A stretch of 32,000 nucleotides of DNA from Bellilinea caldifistulae (GTDB lineage: Bacteria; Chloroflexota; Anaerolineae; Anaerolineales; Anaerolineaceae): assembly GCF_001306055.1 (NCBI RefSeq), contig NZ_LGHJ01000006.1:104633-136632 (forward strand), read 5' to 3'. Below, one piece after another: positions 14,883 to 23,064 of the stretch. The position numbers and the translations under genes were made by a program. Numbering within the stretch: position 1 is the first letter of the stretch; each line of letters starts with the position of its first letter. Under the pieces are notes generated by a model. The model did no database searches, was not told the origin of the DNA, and saw only the letters and a program-made list of their open reading frames with translations.

Positions 14883-15758
14883 TCAGGCCGGCTGAATGAA
14901 GGTGCCGGCGCGCAGTTCCGCCAGCGTCTGCTGGATTTCTTCCATGGTATTCATCACAAATGGCCCATAGGGGTAAATCGGTTCACCGAAGGGGGCGCCG
15001 GCCATCAGCATGAAACGCGCCGGTGCGCTGACCCCGCCGGGCTGAGCCAGACCGGTCTCGACCACCAGCCGTTCACCGGGGTGGAAAGTGATCATGCGCA
15101 CAGCCGAAACAACCTGCTGTTCACCAAACATTGCCGATCCCTCGAACAGATACACCAGCAAGGTATGTTCGTGGGGCAGGTCGAGTTCAAAGCGGCTGCC
15201 GGGCAGTAACTGGACTTCCATGTAAATCGGTTGGGCGGCAATTTCGGTGACCGGTCCTCGAATGCCGGCGTACTCACCGGCTACCACGCGCACCGAAACA
15301 CCGTCTTTTTCGTGCAGCGGAATGTGGGCGGATTGGATTTCCTGATAACGCGGCTGACTCATCTTGAGGGCTGCCGGCAGGTTGACCCACAGTTGAAAGC
15401 CATCTACCCGCCCGGCCTGACTGGGGCGCGGCATTTCTTCGTGCAAGATACCCCGTCCACTGGTCATCCACTGCACATCCCCGGCGGCGATCACCCCCAT
15501 GTTGCCGAGGCTGTCGCGGTGGCGCACACTGCCTTCCAGCATGTAGGTGACCGTTTCGATGCCGCGATGCGGATGGGTGGGAAAGCCCACCAGCGGCGTT
15601 TCGCGCGGGTCGTTGAAGGCAAAATGGTCAAACAGCAAAAACGGGTCGAATCGGTTTTCGCGGCTGGGCGCAAACGAGCGCAGCAGGCGCACGCCGGCGC
15701 CTTCGATGACCATTTTCGGCTCGATGATCTGGTGAATTGTACGAAGGGATGCGCTCAT
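14883..15758 (-). CDS. Pirin family protein
   Basis: I trimmed this to the ATG at 15758 (MSASLRTIHQI...), which has a GAGGAAA RBS. FPTHPHRGIETVTYMLEGSVRHRDSLGN...GDVQWMTSGRGILHEEMP is the canonical pirin cupin motif. Confidence 0.9.
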   Translation of the reverse strand: MSASLRTIHQIIEPKMVIEGAGVRLLRSFAPSRENRFDPFLLFDHFAFNDPRETPLVGFPTHPHRGIETVTYMLEGSVRHRDSLGNMGVIAAGDVQWMTSGRGILHEEMPRPSQAGRVDGFQLWVNLPAALKMSQPRYQEIQSAHIPLHEKDGVSVRVVAGEYAGIRGPVTEIAAQPIYMEVQLLPGSRFELDLPHEHTLLVYLFEGSAMFGEQQVVSAVRMITFHPGERLVVETGLAQPGGVSAPARFMLMAGAPFGEPIYPYGPFVMNTMEEIQQTLAELRAGTFIQPA

Positions 15759-15915
15759 CTCATTTCCTCTATTGCGACAATAATTATCCGAATTGTATTT
15801 CATTATAACCCAAATGGAGGGGTTGCGGCGGTTTCCTGTAACGGCTTTGGGGGAGACCGCCGCGCCGCCTGACGGCGGCTCAAACAGGGTTTGAATTGAC
15901 TGTTCCGGTCCGGGG

Positions 15916-16665
15916 TTAGAGCAGAAACAGCAGCCAGCCGGAAATGGCGCGGTAGAGGGCAGGTGCAGCCACATGACGCACCTTCATCATCGTCCAGCCG
16001 GCCAGGAGGCTGTGCAAAATGGTAACCCCCCAGCCCGTCCACTGACTTTCAGCCGGCAGCAAGAAAATCCGGGGCGACTGATACAGCACAAACAAGCCGG
16101 CGCTCAGCAGCCAGCCGGGCAGGCTGCCGAGCCAGGCGGAAAACCGCGGCTGCAAGTAGCCGCGAAACAGGGTTTCTTCCCCCACCGCAATGGCCAGTAA
16201 AAGCAGCAGGGCTTGAGCCTGCTCCGGGCTGACCCCGCCCAGCAGGCGGGTGAGCATGCCGCGCAGGAAGATGCTCAACAAGCCCACCGCAATGCCGATT
16301 TGAAGCGCCGGCCCGAATAAAGCCCGTCCCCAGCCGGCGCTGCGCGGCGGCTGACGGCGGTAAATCAGGGCTGCTCCGCTCAGCGCTCCGGCCAGTACTG
16401 CCAGGCTGAGCGCCGGATAGAGGGAGGCAATTCCGCCGCGTTGGATTTCCCGGGCAGTTGCCGGTTGAGCGGCCATCAGGAAAGCCAGCAGCACCATGCC
16501 CCCGCCCAGCGCCAGTGCAACCAACCCCTCGCGGCGCGGATATTGAAATTGCAGCGGAGGCACCCGACGCAGCCGCGGGCTGATGCCCAGCAGCATGATG
16601 ACCGCGATCACCCCCAGCGCTTCACTGACCAACCCCACCCATTGAGCCGTGGTCAATACCGGCAT
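15916..16665 (-). CDS. CPBP family intramembrane glutamic endopeptidase (CAAX protease family)
   Basis: It is polytopic and hydrophobic, with the EETLFRGYLQ motif 1 (EExxxR) and downstream His-containing helices. Confidence 0.75.
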   Translation of the reverse strand: MPVLTTAQWVGLVSEALGVIAVIMLLGISPRLRRVPPLQFQYPRREGLVALALGGGMVLLAFLMAAQPATAREIQRGGIASLYPALSLAVLAGALSGAALIYRRQPPRSAGWGRALFGPALQIGIAVGLLSIFLRGMLTRLLGGVSPEQAQALLLLLAIAVGEETLFRGYLQPRFSAWLGSLPGWLLSAGLFVLYQSPRIFLLPAESQWTGWGVTILHSLLAGWTMMKVRHVAAPALYRAISGWLLFLL

Positions 16666-16668
16666 GGG

Positions 16669-17106
16669 TTATTCCTGATCGCTCTGGGCTGGTGTGGAAA
16701 AATCCTCTTCACTTTGCGGCATTTCTACCACAATTTCCACCTGCTCTTCCATGCGTACCTGACCGCGCAGGAAAGCGCCTTCTTCGGTGGAGAACGAAAC
16801 GACGGTCACATCGCCCCATACCCGACCGGTGGAGCGGATTTCCAGTTTTTCGGCAAGGATGTTGCCGCGCAATGCTCCGGCGACCACAACGGTGTTGGCA
16901 CGCAACTCCGGGCAGGTGACCCGGCCGGTCTCACCGATCACCACCAAACCGCGCACGGCAATATCGCCTTCAAAAGTGCCTTCGATACGCACGCCGCCGC
17001 TGCCGTGCAGGCTGCCTTTCCAGTTGATGCCCGGCCCCAGCACCGATGTAACCCGCTCGGTGGGCGGTGGTGGCGGCGATCCTGCTGGTGGATTTTTGCG
17101 AAACAT
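16669..17106 (-). CDS. Bactofilin (polymer-forming cytoskeletal protein)
   Basis: I.G.L.G.G.VRIEG.FEGDI...G.VVIGE.G.V.......VVV.G...GNI.A.KLEI...G.V.GDV is the bactofilin/DUF583 beta-helix repeat. It has Pro-rich N-terminal and acidic C-terminal tails, and a GGAGG RBS. Confidence 0.85.
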   Translation of the reverse strand: MFRKNPPAGSPPPPPTERVTSVLGPGINWKGSLHGSGGVRIEGTFEGDIAVRGLVVIGETGRVTCPELRANTVVVAGALRGNILAEKLEIRSTGRVWGDVTVVSFSTEEGAFLRGQVRMEEQVEIVVEMPQSEEDFSTPAQSDQE

Positions 17107-17128
17107 AGGCTACCTCCTCAGTCTGGGT

Positions 17129-17806
17129 TCATCGCGGCGGATAAACGCTGCCGGCATAGACCACCGTGCCGGGCGGTACATCCGCCTTGACGGTGGCGCC
17201 GTTGCCAACCCGCGCCCCGCGTCCAATTGTCAAATTGAGATTGATGGTGGCGCCCATGCCAATCTGGGCGAAATCTTCCACCCTTACACCGCCGGCCAGC
17301 AGCGCACCCGGCGAGAGGTTGACACATTTGCCGATCACGCAATCGTGAGAGACGACCACCCCGGCGTTCAGCACACTGCCGTAGCCGATGACCGCGCAGG
17401 CCGAGACGTAACTTTGTGCCAGAACCTGCACGCCGCCTTCCAGCCGTGCCGAAGAATCCACCCACGCGGTTGGATGCACCAGCGCCGGGCAGTTGAAGCC
17501 GGCTGCCGCCAGCGTTTCAAATACTTTCAGGCGCACTTCGGGGTGATTGATGCCGCCCACCCCGTTCACTGCCAGCCGAACACCGCGGGCGTACAACTCC
17601 GGCAGGACCGCCGCGCCACCCACCACCGGCACACCCAGCACCTCGCTGCCCGGCGGTAGGCCGTCATCCACCACCGCCACCCAGTGATAAGTCCCGGCGG
17701 CGCGCACCAGTTCAATCAGGGTTTTGCCGTGACCGCCGCCGCCAAAGAGGATCAAGGCGGTGGGGTCATAATCCGGCGTTGGCATGTGAGCGTTTGGGTC
17801 GAGCAT
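17129..17806 (-). CDS. NeuD/PglD-like sugar O-/N-acyltransferase (left-handed beta-helix hexapeptide transferase)
   Basis: An N-terminal Rossmann-like segment LILFGGGGHGK....V is followed by hexapeptide repeats (VHPTAWV...A....G.QV.A...V.A...IG....LN.G..V.HDC.IG..V.L.PGA.LAG.V.V.....IG.GA). Confidence 0.8.
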   Translation of the reverse strand: MLDPNAHMPTPDYDPTALILFGGGGHGKTLIELVRAAGTYHWVAVVDDGLPPGSEVLGVPVVGGAAVLPELYARGVRLAVNGVGGINHPEVRLKVFETLAAAGFNCPALVHPTAWVDSSARLEGGVQVLAQSYVSACAVIGYGSVLNAGVVVSHDCVIGKCVNLSPGALLAGGVRVEDFAQIGMGATINLNLTIGRGARVGNGATVKADVPPGTVVYAGSVYPPR

Positions 17807-17825
17807 GTCTTTTTTATATCACAAA

Positions 17826-18596
17826 TCACAGGTGCAGGCAGGCCTGCACCGCCAGCCAGAAGATGCGTTCGCGGTCATCGGCGCGTTTGTGCCAGGCGCG
17901 GCTGTCCCAGCCCTCCGGCACGACCAGGTCGCCGCCATAGACCAGCTCCCCAAAGGTGACGCCGCGAAATTGAGCCACTGCGAAGAAAGCCGCCGCTTCC
18001 ATCTCCACCACCTGACAGCCTTCGGCCAGCCGTGTGGCACGGCGGTTTACGGTTTCGCGGTAGATGCCGTCGGTTGTCCATGCTTTGGCGAGGGTGTAGG
18101 GCATGCCCGCCGATTTGAGAGCGGCTTGCAGGGCGGCCACGGCTGCCGGGCTGGCACTGACTTCCCGGCCGGGGGGCAGATAATGATATGAAACGCCCTC
18201 GTCCCGCACCGCCCCTGTCAAAATTAGCGGGTGACCGGCGTTGATCGAGTGGTCAATTACCCCGCATCCGCCAGCCGCAATAAAACGGTTGACGCCAAGG
18301 GCGATGATCTCTTCCAGAAAACCGGCTGAAAGCGGGGCGCCCACCCCCGGATGAGCCACCAGCAAATTCTGGCCATTCTCTTCCAGGATGTACAACGGGT
18401 TCGGGCCGATTTCCGACTTCAACCGCCCGATGACCTTCAGCCGGCCTTTACGGCGCAGACGGTTGATCACATCCTGAAAAAAGCACAGCACGGCACGGGG
18501 CGGAGCGGGTTGAGTCAACTTGACCGGCCGGGGTTCCAAAATGGCGCGTTCAGCCGGGTCAAATTCCAGCAGCGGAACAGTTTGATTGGGGTTCAT
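17826..18596 (-). CDS. Nucleoside phosphorylase family protein (PNP_UDP_1 fold, uridine-phosphorylase-like)
   Basis: ...VAHPGVGAPLSAGFLEEIIALGVNRFIAAGGCG...GAVRDEGVSYHY.........W.TD..YRET.......L..G...VEMEAAA.FAVA is the PNP/UDP phosphorylase core pattern. Its start overlaps the stop of the upstream methyltransferase (ATGA). Confidence 0.75.
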   Translation of the reverse strand: MNPNQTVPLLEFDPAERAILEPRPVKLTQPAPPRAVLCFFQDVINRLRRKGRLKVIGRLKSEIGPNPLYILEENGQNLLVAHPGVGAPLSAGFLEEIIALGVNRFIAAGGCGVIDHSINAGHPLILTGAVRDEGVSYHYLPPGREVSASPAAVAALQAALKSAGMPYTLAKAWTTDGIYRETVNRRATRLAEGCQVVEMEAAAFFAVAQFRGVTFGELVYGGDLVVPEGWDSRAWHKRADDRERIFWLAVQACLHL

Positions 18597-19456
18597 GGGT
18601 TCTCCGTGGGGGATAAATCACAATTGATCCATTCGATTTCTTCGACACCCGCAAAACGCTGCTGCATGATGGCAATTGCCTGCGGGTTGTTATCTATTAA
18701 GATGAACCGCCGCCCCAGTTCCAGAGCCGCCGCCCCGGTCGTGCCGCTGCCGGCAAAAAAATCCAGCACCAGCCCGCCGGGTGTGGAAGAAGCCTGAAGG
18801 ATACGCCGCAGGATGCCGAGCGGTTTTTGGGTGGGGTAGCCGGTTTTTTCTTTGCTGTTGGTGGGGACGATGGTGTGCCACCACGTATCGGTGGGCAGTT
18901 TGCCGCGGGCGGCTTTTTCAGCGCCCACCAGTCCCGGCGCCATGTAGGGGATGCGTTCGATTAGATCGGTGTTGAAAATGTAGTTGTGCGGGTCGCGCGC
19001 GTACCAGAGGATGTTATCGTGCTTTGGCGGCCATTTGCGGCGGGTGCGTCCGCCATAATCGTAAGCCCAGATGATTTCATTGAGAAAGCATTCCCGTCCG
19101 AAAATCTGATCGAGCAGTACTTTGCAGTAATGCACCTCGCGGTAGTCAATGTGAAAGTACAAACTGCCGTTGGGCTGCAACAGGCGGTGAGCTTCGCGCA
19201 GGCGGGGTTCCAGAAAGGCCAGGTAATCATCGAAAATATCGGCGTAGGAATGCGAGCCAAGCCGCACGGTGCGGTAGCGCCGGCCGCCAAACCCGACCCG
19301 GTCACCGCCGCCGTCGCTGTGCGTGCGCAGGCGGACGCGCTGCTGCACCCGTCCGGTATTGAAGGGCGGATCAATGTAAATCAATTCCACACTGCCCGAG
19401 GGCAGGGATTGCAATATCGGCAGGTTGTCTCCAAAGTAGATGCGATGGGTGGACAT
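18593..19456 (-). CDS. Site-specific DNA methyltransferase, beta-class N6A/N4C amino-methyltransferase (orphan; no adjacent endonuclease)
   Basis: Motif IV IYIDPPFN is N-terminal, and motif I VLDFFAGSGTTGAAA is C-terminal, preceded by YPTQKP. This is the circular permutation typical of beta-class (PF01555) enzymes. Confidence 0.85.
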   Translation of the reverse strand: MSTHRIYFGDNLPILQSLPSGSVELIYIDPPFNTGRVQQRVRLRTHSDGGGDRVGFGGRRYRTVRLGSHSYADIFDDYLAFLEPRLREAHRLLQPNGSLYFHIDYREVHYCKVLLDQIFGRECFLNEIIWAYDYGGRTRRKWPPKHDNILWYARDPHNYIFNTDLIERIPYMAPGLVGAEKAARGKLPTDTWWHTIVPTNSKEKTGYPTQKPLGILRRILQASSTPGGLVLDFFAGSGTTGAAALELGRRFILIDNNPQAIAIMQQRFAGVEEIEWINCDLSPTENP

Positions 19457-19600
19457 AGCCTAATTTTACCCTCAGTTGGGGGTAGCATGGCCGGACTGGC
19501 CGTTCAGACAGGCGGGTTTTATCCGCCAGAGGGATGCGGAAAATCCCTCCGCGGTTTATGCTGGGGTGGAAACACTCGAATCAGCGAAAGGAATTGCCCG

Positions 19601-21868
19601 ATGCCCTCCTCCCTGCCCGAAGACTTCCCCCCAACTCGACAAACCTCTTCCCCGCCGTCTTCTGTTCGTTCGGCAACCTGGCGGGGCGCCGCAAGCGCCG
19701 TATTGGCAGCATTCTTGCTGATTGTTGCACTGACGGGCTACTTCTTATCCCGCCACGGCGGAACGAGTATCTGGCTGGCGGTTGCAGCAAGTGTGATGGG
19801 GTTGGTTACGGCCGCGGCGGGCCTGGTGTTTGGCCTCGGCATTTTGTTGGGAAAACTGCCGCGGCTGTTTCGGTTTGCTTTGCTGGTGTTCCTGTTGTGC
19901 GCTGCCGTCCTTGTTTCGTTGAGCTTAGCGTTGCTGCCGGGAGCGGCGGCTGTACTGGCTGTGATTCTGGCGGGTGCCGGGCTGGTCGGCGGTGGGGTGG
20001 GAGGGCTGTTGTACCGCCATCCAGAGGCAACCAGCCGTAAGCCACGACTTGTGGGGGTGGTGCAGACCTGCGGCGGAATTTTGATTCTGGCTTTGGTTGG
20101 CGCCTTTCTTGCCTGGCCGGGCAGCCCCGCCGAACCACCCATCAATGCGGCTGCCCAAAACCTTGCTCAAATTCCTGTTTTGGCGTTGCCCAATCCCGCC
20201 GAGAGCGGGCCATATCCGGTGGCTTTGCTGACCTACGGCAGCGGCGAGGACAGGCTTCGCCCCGAATACGGCGCACAGGCGGCGGTGTTGACGCCGCGGG
20301 TGGACGGCTCGCTGCTTTTGGAGGGTTGGTCTGATTTGCGGACGGCTTATTGGGGGTTTTCGCCCGCCGAATTACCGCTCAACGGGCGGGTGTGGTATCC
20401 ACAGGCTGAGGGGCGCTTTCCGCTGGTGATTGCCGTGCATGGCAATCACCCGATGGAAGAATACTCGGAAAGCGGTTACGACTACCTGGGGCAATTGCTG
20501 GCTTCGCGCGGTTTTATTTTTGTGGCGCTGGATGAGAATTTTCTCAACATTTCGGCGTGGGGCGATGCGCTCTTTTTCAGTCCTTTGAAAGAAGAATCGG
20601 ATGCGCGTGGCTGGCTGGTGCTGGAACATCTGCGCCAGTGGCGCGCATGGAACGAACAGGCCGGCAGCCCCTTCTACCGGCGGGTTGACCTGAATCGGAT
20701 TGCGTTGATGGGACATTCGCGCGGTGGTGAGGCGATTGTGGTGGCCGCGGCTTTCAATCGCCTGGCGTACTACCCGGATAATGCCGCTCTGGCATTCGAC
20801 TATGGTTTCAACATCCGCTCTTTAATCGCCCTGGCGCCGGCGGATGGACAGTATCAACCCTGCGGCTTGCGCACACCGCTGCAAGATGTCAACTATCTGG
20901 TACTGCATGGCACCCACGACATGGATGTGCTGACCATGATGGGCGCTGCCCCATTTGAACGGTTGGAGTTCAGCGGACAAGGTGATTTTTATAAAGCCTC
21001 GGTTTACATCTACGGCGCCAATCATGGGCAGTTCAACAGCGTGTGGGGGCAAAAAGACATGGCCGAGCCGATCCCGCGTTTATACAACCTGCGCCAGTTG
21101 CTCCCCCAAAGCGATCAGCAGCGCATTGCCCGGGTGCTGGTTAGCGCCTTCCTGGCGGATACTTTGCAGGGAGAGAATGCCTACCGGCGTCTGTTTCAGG
21201 ATTTGCGCGGTGGACGGAACTGGCTTCCAGATACGATTTACCTCAATCAATATCAGGACAGTCAAACGCGGACACTGGCGGATTTCAGTGAAGACATTGA
21301 CCTGACTACTACCACGCTGCGCGGCGGCCGATTCGCAGGGCTTAACCTGACTCGCTGGAATGAACAGATGGTCAGGGGAAAATGGGGTGAGTTTGGTTTC
21401 AAGGCGGTTTACCTGGGCTGGCATGGCGGCTCATCTTCCCCCGCCAGTTTTACCCTTTACCTGCCGGAGGAGGGGCTTGCAGCGGGGGATGGGCGGGTTT
21501 TATCCTTCTCGCTGGCGGATGCCGCTGAATCTCCGCATCAGGATGAAAAAAGCAGCGAGCGTCCTTTGCCTGCTGCCACGCCGTTGGAATTGACGATTGA
21601 GGTTTTTGACGACCGTGGCAATGCTGCCCGCCTTCCGCTCAGCCGATATGCCTTGCTACAACCGCAGATTCAAGGGGTGTTTGCCAAGGCCGCTTTCATG
21701 CACGCCACCCCGCTTTCCGAGCCGATTTTCCAAACTTTTGATTTTCCGCTGGAATGGTTTGGGGAAGTTAACCCTGCGTTGGACCTGAACTCACTGGCCG
21801 GGATACGTCTGATCTTCGACCAAACGGCGGATGGGGTCATTGCGCTGAATCGGATTTCTGTACGCTGA
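19601..21868 (+). CDS. Membrane-anchored alpha/beta-hydrolase-fold protein (serine hydrolase, GHSRGG nucleophile elbow) with a C-terminal beta-rich domain
   Basis: I trimmed this to the ATG at 19601 (MPSSLPEDF...). The track ORF from 18986 is antisense to the methyltransferase. There are about six hydrophobic helices, then PLVIAVHGNH, IALMGHSRGG and LVLHGTHD. Confidence 0.75.
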   Translation: MPSSLPEDFPPTRQTSSPPSSVRSATWRGAASAVLAAFLLIVALTGYFLSRHGGTSIWLAVAASVMGLVTAAAGLVFGLGILLGKLPRLFRFALLVFLLCAAVLVSLSLALLPGAAAVLAVILAGAGLVGGGVGGLLYRHPEATSRKPRLVGVVQTCGGILILALVGAFLAWPGSPAEPPINAAAQNLAQIPVLALPNPAESGPYPVALLTYGSGEDRLRPEYGAQAAVLTPRVDGSLLLEGWSDLRTAYWGFSPAELPLNGRVWYPQAEGRFPLVIAVHGNHPMEEYSESGYDYLGQLLASRGFIFVALDENFLNISAWGDALFFSPLKEESDARGWLVLEHLRQWRAWNEQAGSPFYRRVDLNRIALMGHSRGGEAIVVAAAFNRLAYYPDNAALAFDYGFNIRSLIALAPADGQYQPCGLRTPLQDVNYLVLHGTHDMDVLTMMGAAPFERLEFSGQGDFYKASVYIYGANHGQFNSVWGQKDMAEPIPRLYNLRQLLPQSDQQRIARVLVSAFLADTLQGENAYRRLFQDLRGGRNWLPDTIYLNQYQDSQTRTLADFSEDIDLTTTTLRGGRFAGLNLTRWNEQMVRGKWGEFGFKAVYLGWHGGSSSPASFTLYLPEEGLAAGDGRVLSFSLADAAESPHQDEKSSERPLPAATPLELTIEVFDDRGNAARLPLSRYALLQPQIQGVFAKAAFMHATPLSEPIFQTFDFPLEWFGEVNPALDLNSLAGIRLIFDQTADGVIALNRISVR

Positions 21869-21897
21869 TGCCCACCGGAACAGAATGGAAGAGCGCA

Positions 21898-22245
21898 TTA
21901 CTCAGGTTTTTCGGATGCCATTCTTTCCTCCAACCGGCGCACGCGTTCGCTGAGCCGGACCTGAGCGGCGTTCATCCGTCCGGCGATGAAAAGCAGGGCA
22001 GCAATGGCCGTCATCAGCACGGCTGCCAGGATGCCGGCGTTGATCAAAGCCGACTGCAAGGGTCGGATGATCAGGTTGGCCAGTTCACCCAGGCCGAACA
22101 TCTGGAAGAAGATTTGATTGGCGGGTAAGGCGTTGGCAGCTCCGATCATCGCAATCAAGAGGATGATTGCCAGCGCCAGCATCACGCCGGCAAACAGGTA
22201 GAGGATCACGCTGATCCAGTTGGTTCGGTTACTCTCAGCGCTCAT
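21898..22245 (-). CDS. Small membrane protein, hypothetical
   Basis: I placed the start at the ATG at 22245 (MSAESNRTNWISVILYLFAGVMLALAIILLI...). It has three predicted hydrophobic helices and a C-terminal amphipathic/coiled segment. I recognise no family. Confidence 0.5.
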   Translation of the reverse strand: MSAESNRTNWISVILYLFAGVMLALAIILLIAMIGAANALPANQIFFQMFGLGELANLIIRPLQSALINAGILAAVLMTAIAALLFIAGRMNAAQVRLSERVRRLEERMASEKPE

Positions 22246-22344
22246 CGTTGACCTCAGCAAAAATGGGATAAGGGACTGTTCCCCTCTGCGAGTGTACCAC
22301 ACAAAGCACCGTCTTTCGCCGATTAAACCGGTGGTGAAATTGGA

Positions 22345-22373
22345 TTGACATTCGGCGTTGAAAACAATATACT
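22345..22373 (+). promoter_or_regulatory. Near-consensus sigma70-type promoter TTGACA-17-TATACT
   Basis: Read directly: TTGACA at 22345-22350, a 17-nt spacer, then TATACT at 22368-22373. It is followed by the inverted repeat TTAGATG-N8-CATCTAA (22389-22410). The nearest downstream plus-strand gene starts at 22654. Confidence 0.5.
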
Positions 22374-22653
22374 CTATTTAGAGTTATTTTAGATGGTAAA
22401 TAACATCTAAATGGAGTATAAAATGGAATCTCCCTTTCCTTTTTTCCCAATCCGCTTGATGGTCAGGCAAATCCGGCGGGTTTACCGGCCTTTTTTGATT
22501 CGCCCGGCTCATGCCTACTTTTTTCCGACTTATCTGCGCACGCTTCCCCGCCGGCTGCGCATGGCCTGCCTGTCGCATGAAGCCGGAAGCCCGTTTTCCG
22601 CGCCGGTCGCCGATTCAACCTGGCAAGACCACTTCCCTATTTTATAAACTTCC

Positions 22654-23055
22654 ATGCCTGAACCCGAAAAAGTCACCATCAATCTGAGCGTGGTGGACTT
22701 AGGTCAGATTGATGTGCTGGTTGAAGAAGGTTATTATTCCAGCCGCACCGATTTTCTGCGGACGGCTGCCCGCGCTCAATTGGAAAAGCACAACGAAGCC
22801 CTGAGTCAAATCATCCGCCGGCGCGGGTTGACCATTGGGGTTGTTCACCTGAGCCGCGCGCAGCTGGAAGAACTTGCTCACAAGGGGGAAAGTCTTGACC
22901 TGCGGGTGGCAGGGATGCTGTCCATGGATGACGATGTGCCGCCGCAGTTGGCTGCGGCGGTGATTCGAAATCTGCAAGTGTTTGGCGTAGTGCGCGCCAG
23001 CCGGGCTGTGCGGGCAGCGTTGGGGATCAAAGAGCGGCGCACCCCGGCGGAGTGA
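22654..23055 (+). CDS. Ribbon-helix-helix (CopG/NikR-N-like) domain protein
   Basis: The N-terminus KVTINLSVVDLGQIDVLVEEGYYSSRTDFLRTAARAQL follows the RHH pattern (beta strand, then the G.Y.SRS..IR.A.R helix pair). I do not recognise the C-terminal ~80 aa. Confidence 0.7.
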   Translation: MPEPEKVTINLSVVDLGQIDVLVEEGYYSSRTDFLRTAARAQLEKHNEALSQIIRRRGLTIGVVHLSRAQLEELAHKGESLDLRVAGMLSMDDDVPPQLAAAVIRNLQVFGVVRASRAVRAALGIKERRTPAE

Positions 23056-23064
23056 ACTTGTTGG

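Noticed and set aside
16669-17806. The bactofilin / NeuD-like acetyltransferase / CPBP protease adjacency, considered as a special system
   Set aside because: The genes are co-directional and tightly spaced, but the base composition matches the host. All are common housekeeping-type families, and I see no sequence feature beyond operon packing that supports a functional link.
18986-19600. The N-terminal 205 codons of the 960-aa plus-strand ORF (18986-21868)
   Set aside because: This part is entirely antisense to the well-supported DNA methyltransferase gene (18593-19456) and has no hydrophobic or catalytic features. The membrane hydrolase most plausibly starts at the ATG at 19601, after an AAAGGAA RBS.
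22411-22647. A 78-aa ORF immediately upstream of the RHH gene, considered as a real protein-coding gene
   Set aside because: It is not annotated as a CDS. It has no RBS, its composition is highly biased (Arg/Pro/Phe), its third-codon positions are unlike the neighbouring genes, and an equally long ORF exists on the opposite strand. It is kept only as a possibility within the finding on this region.
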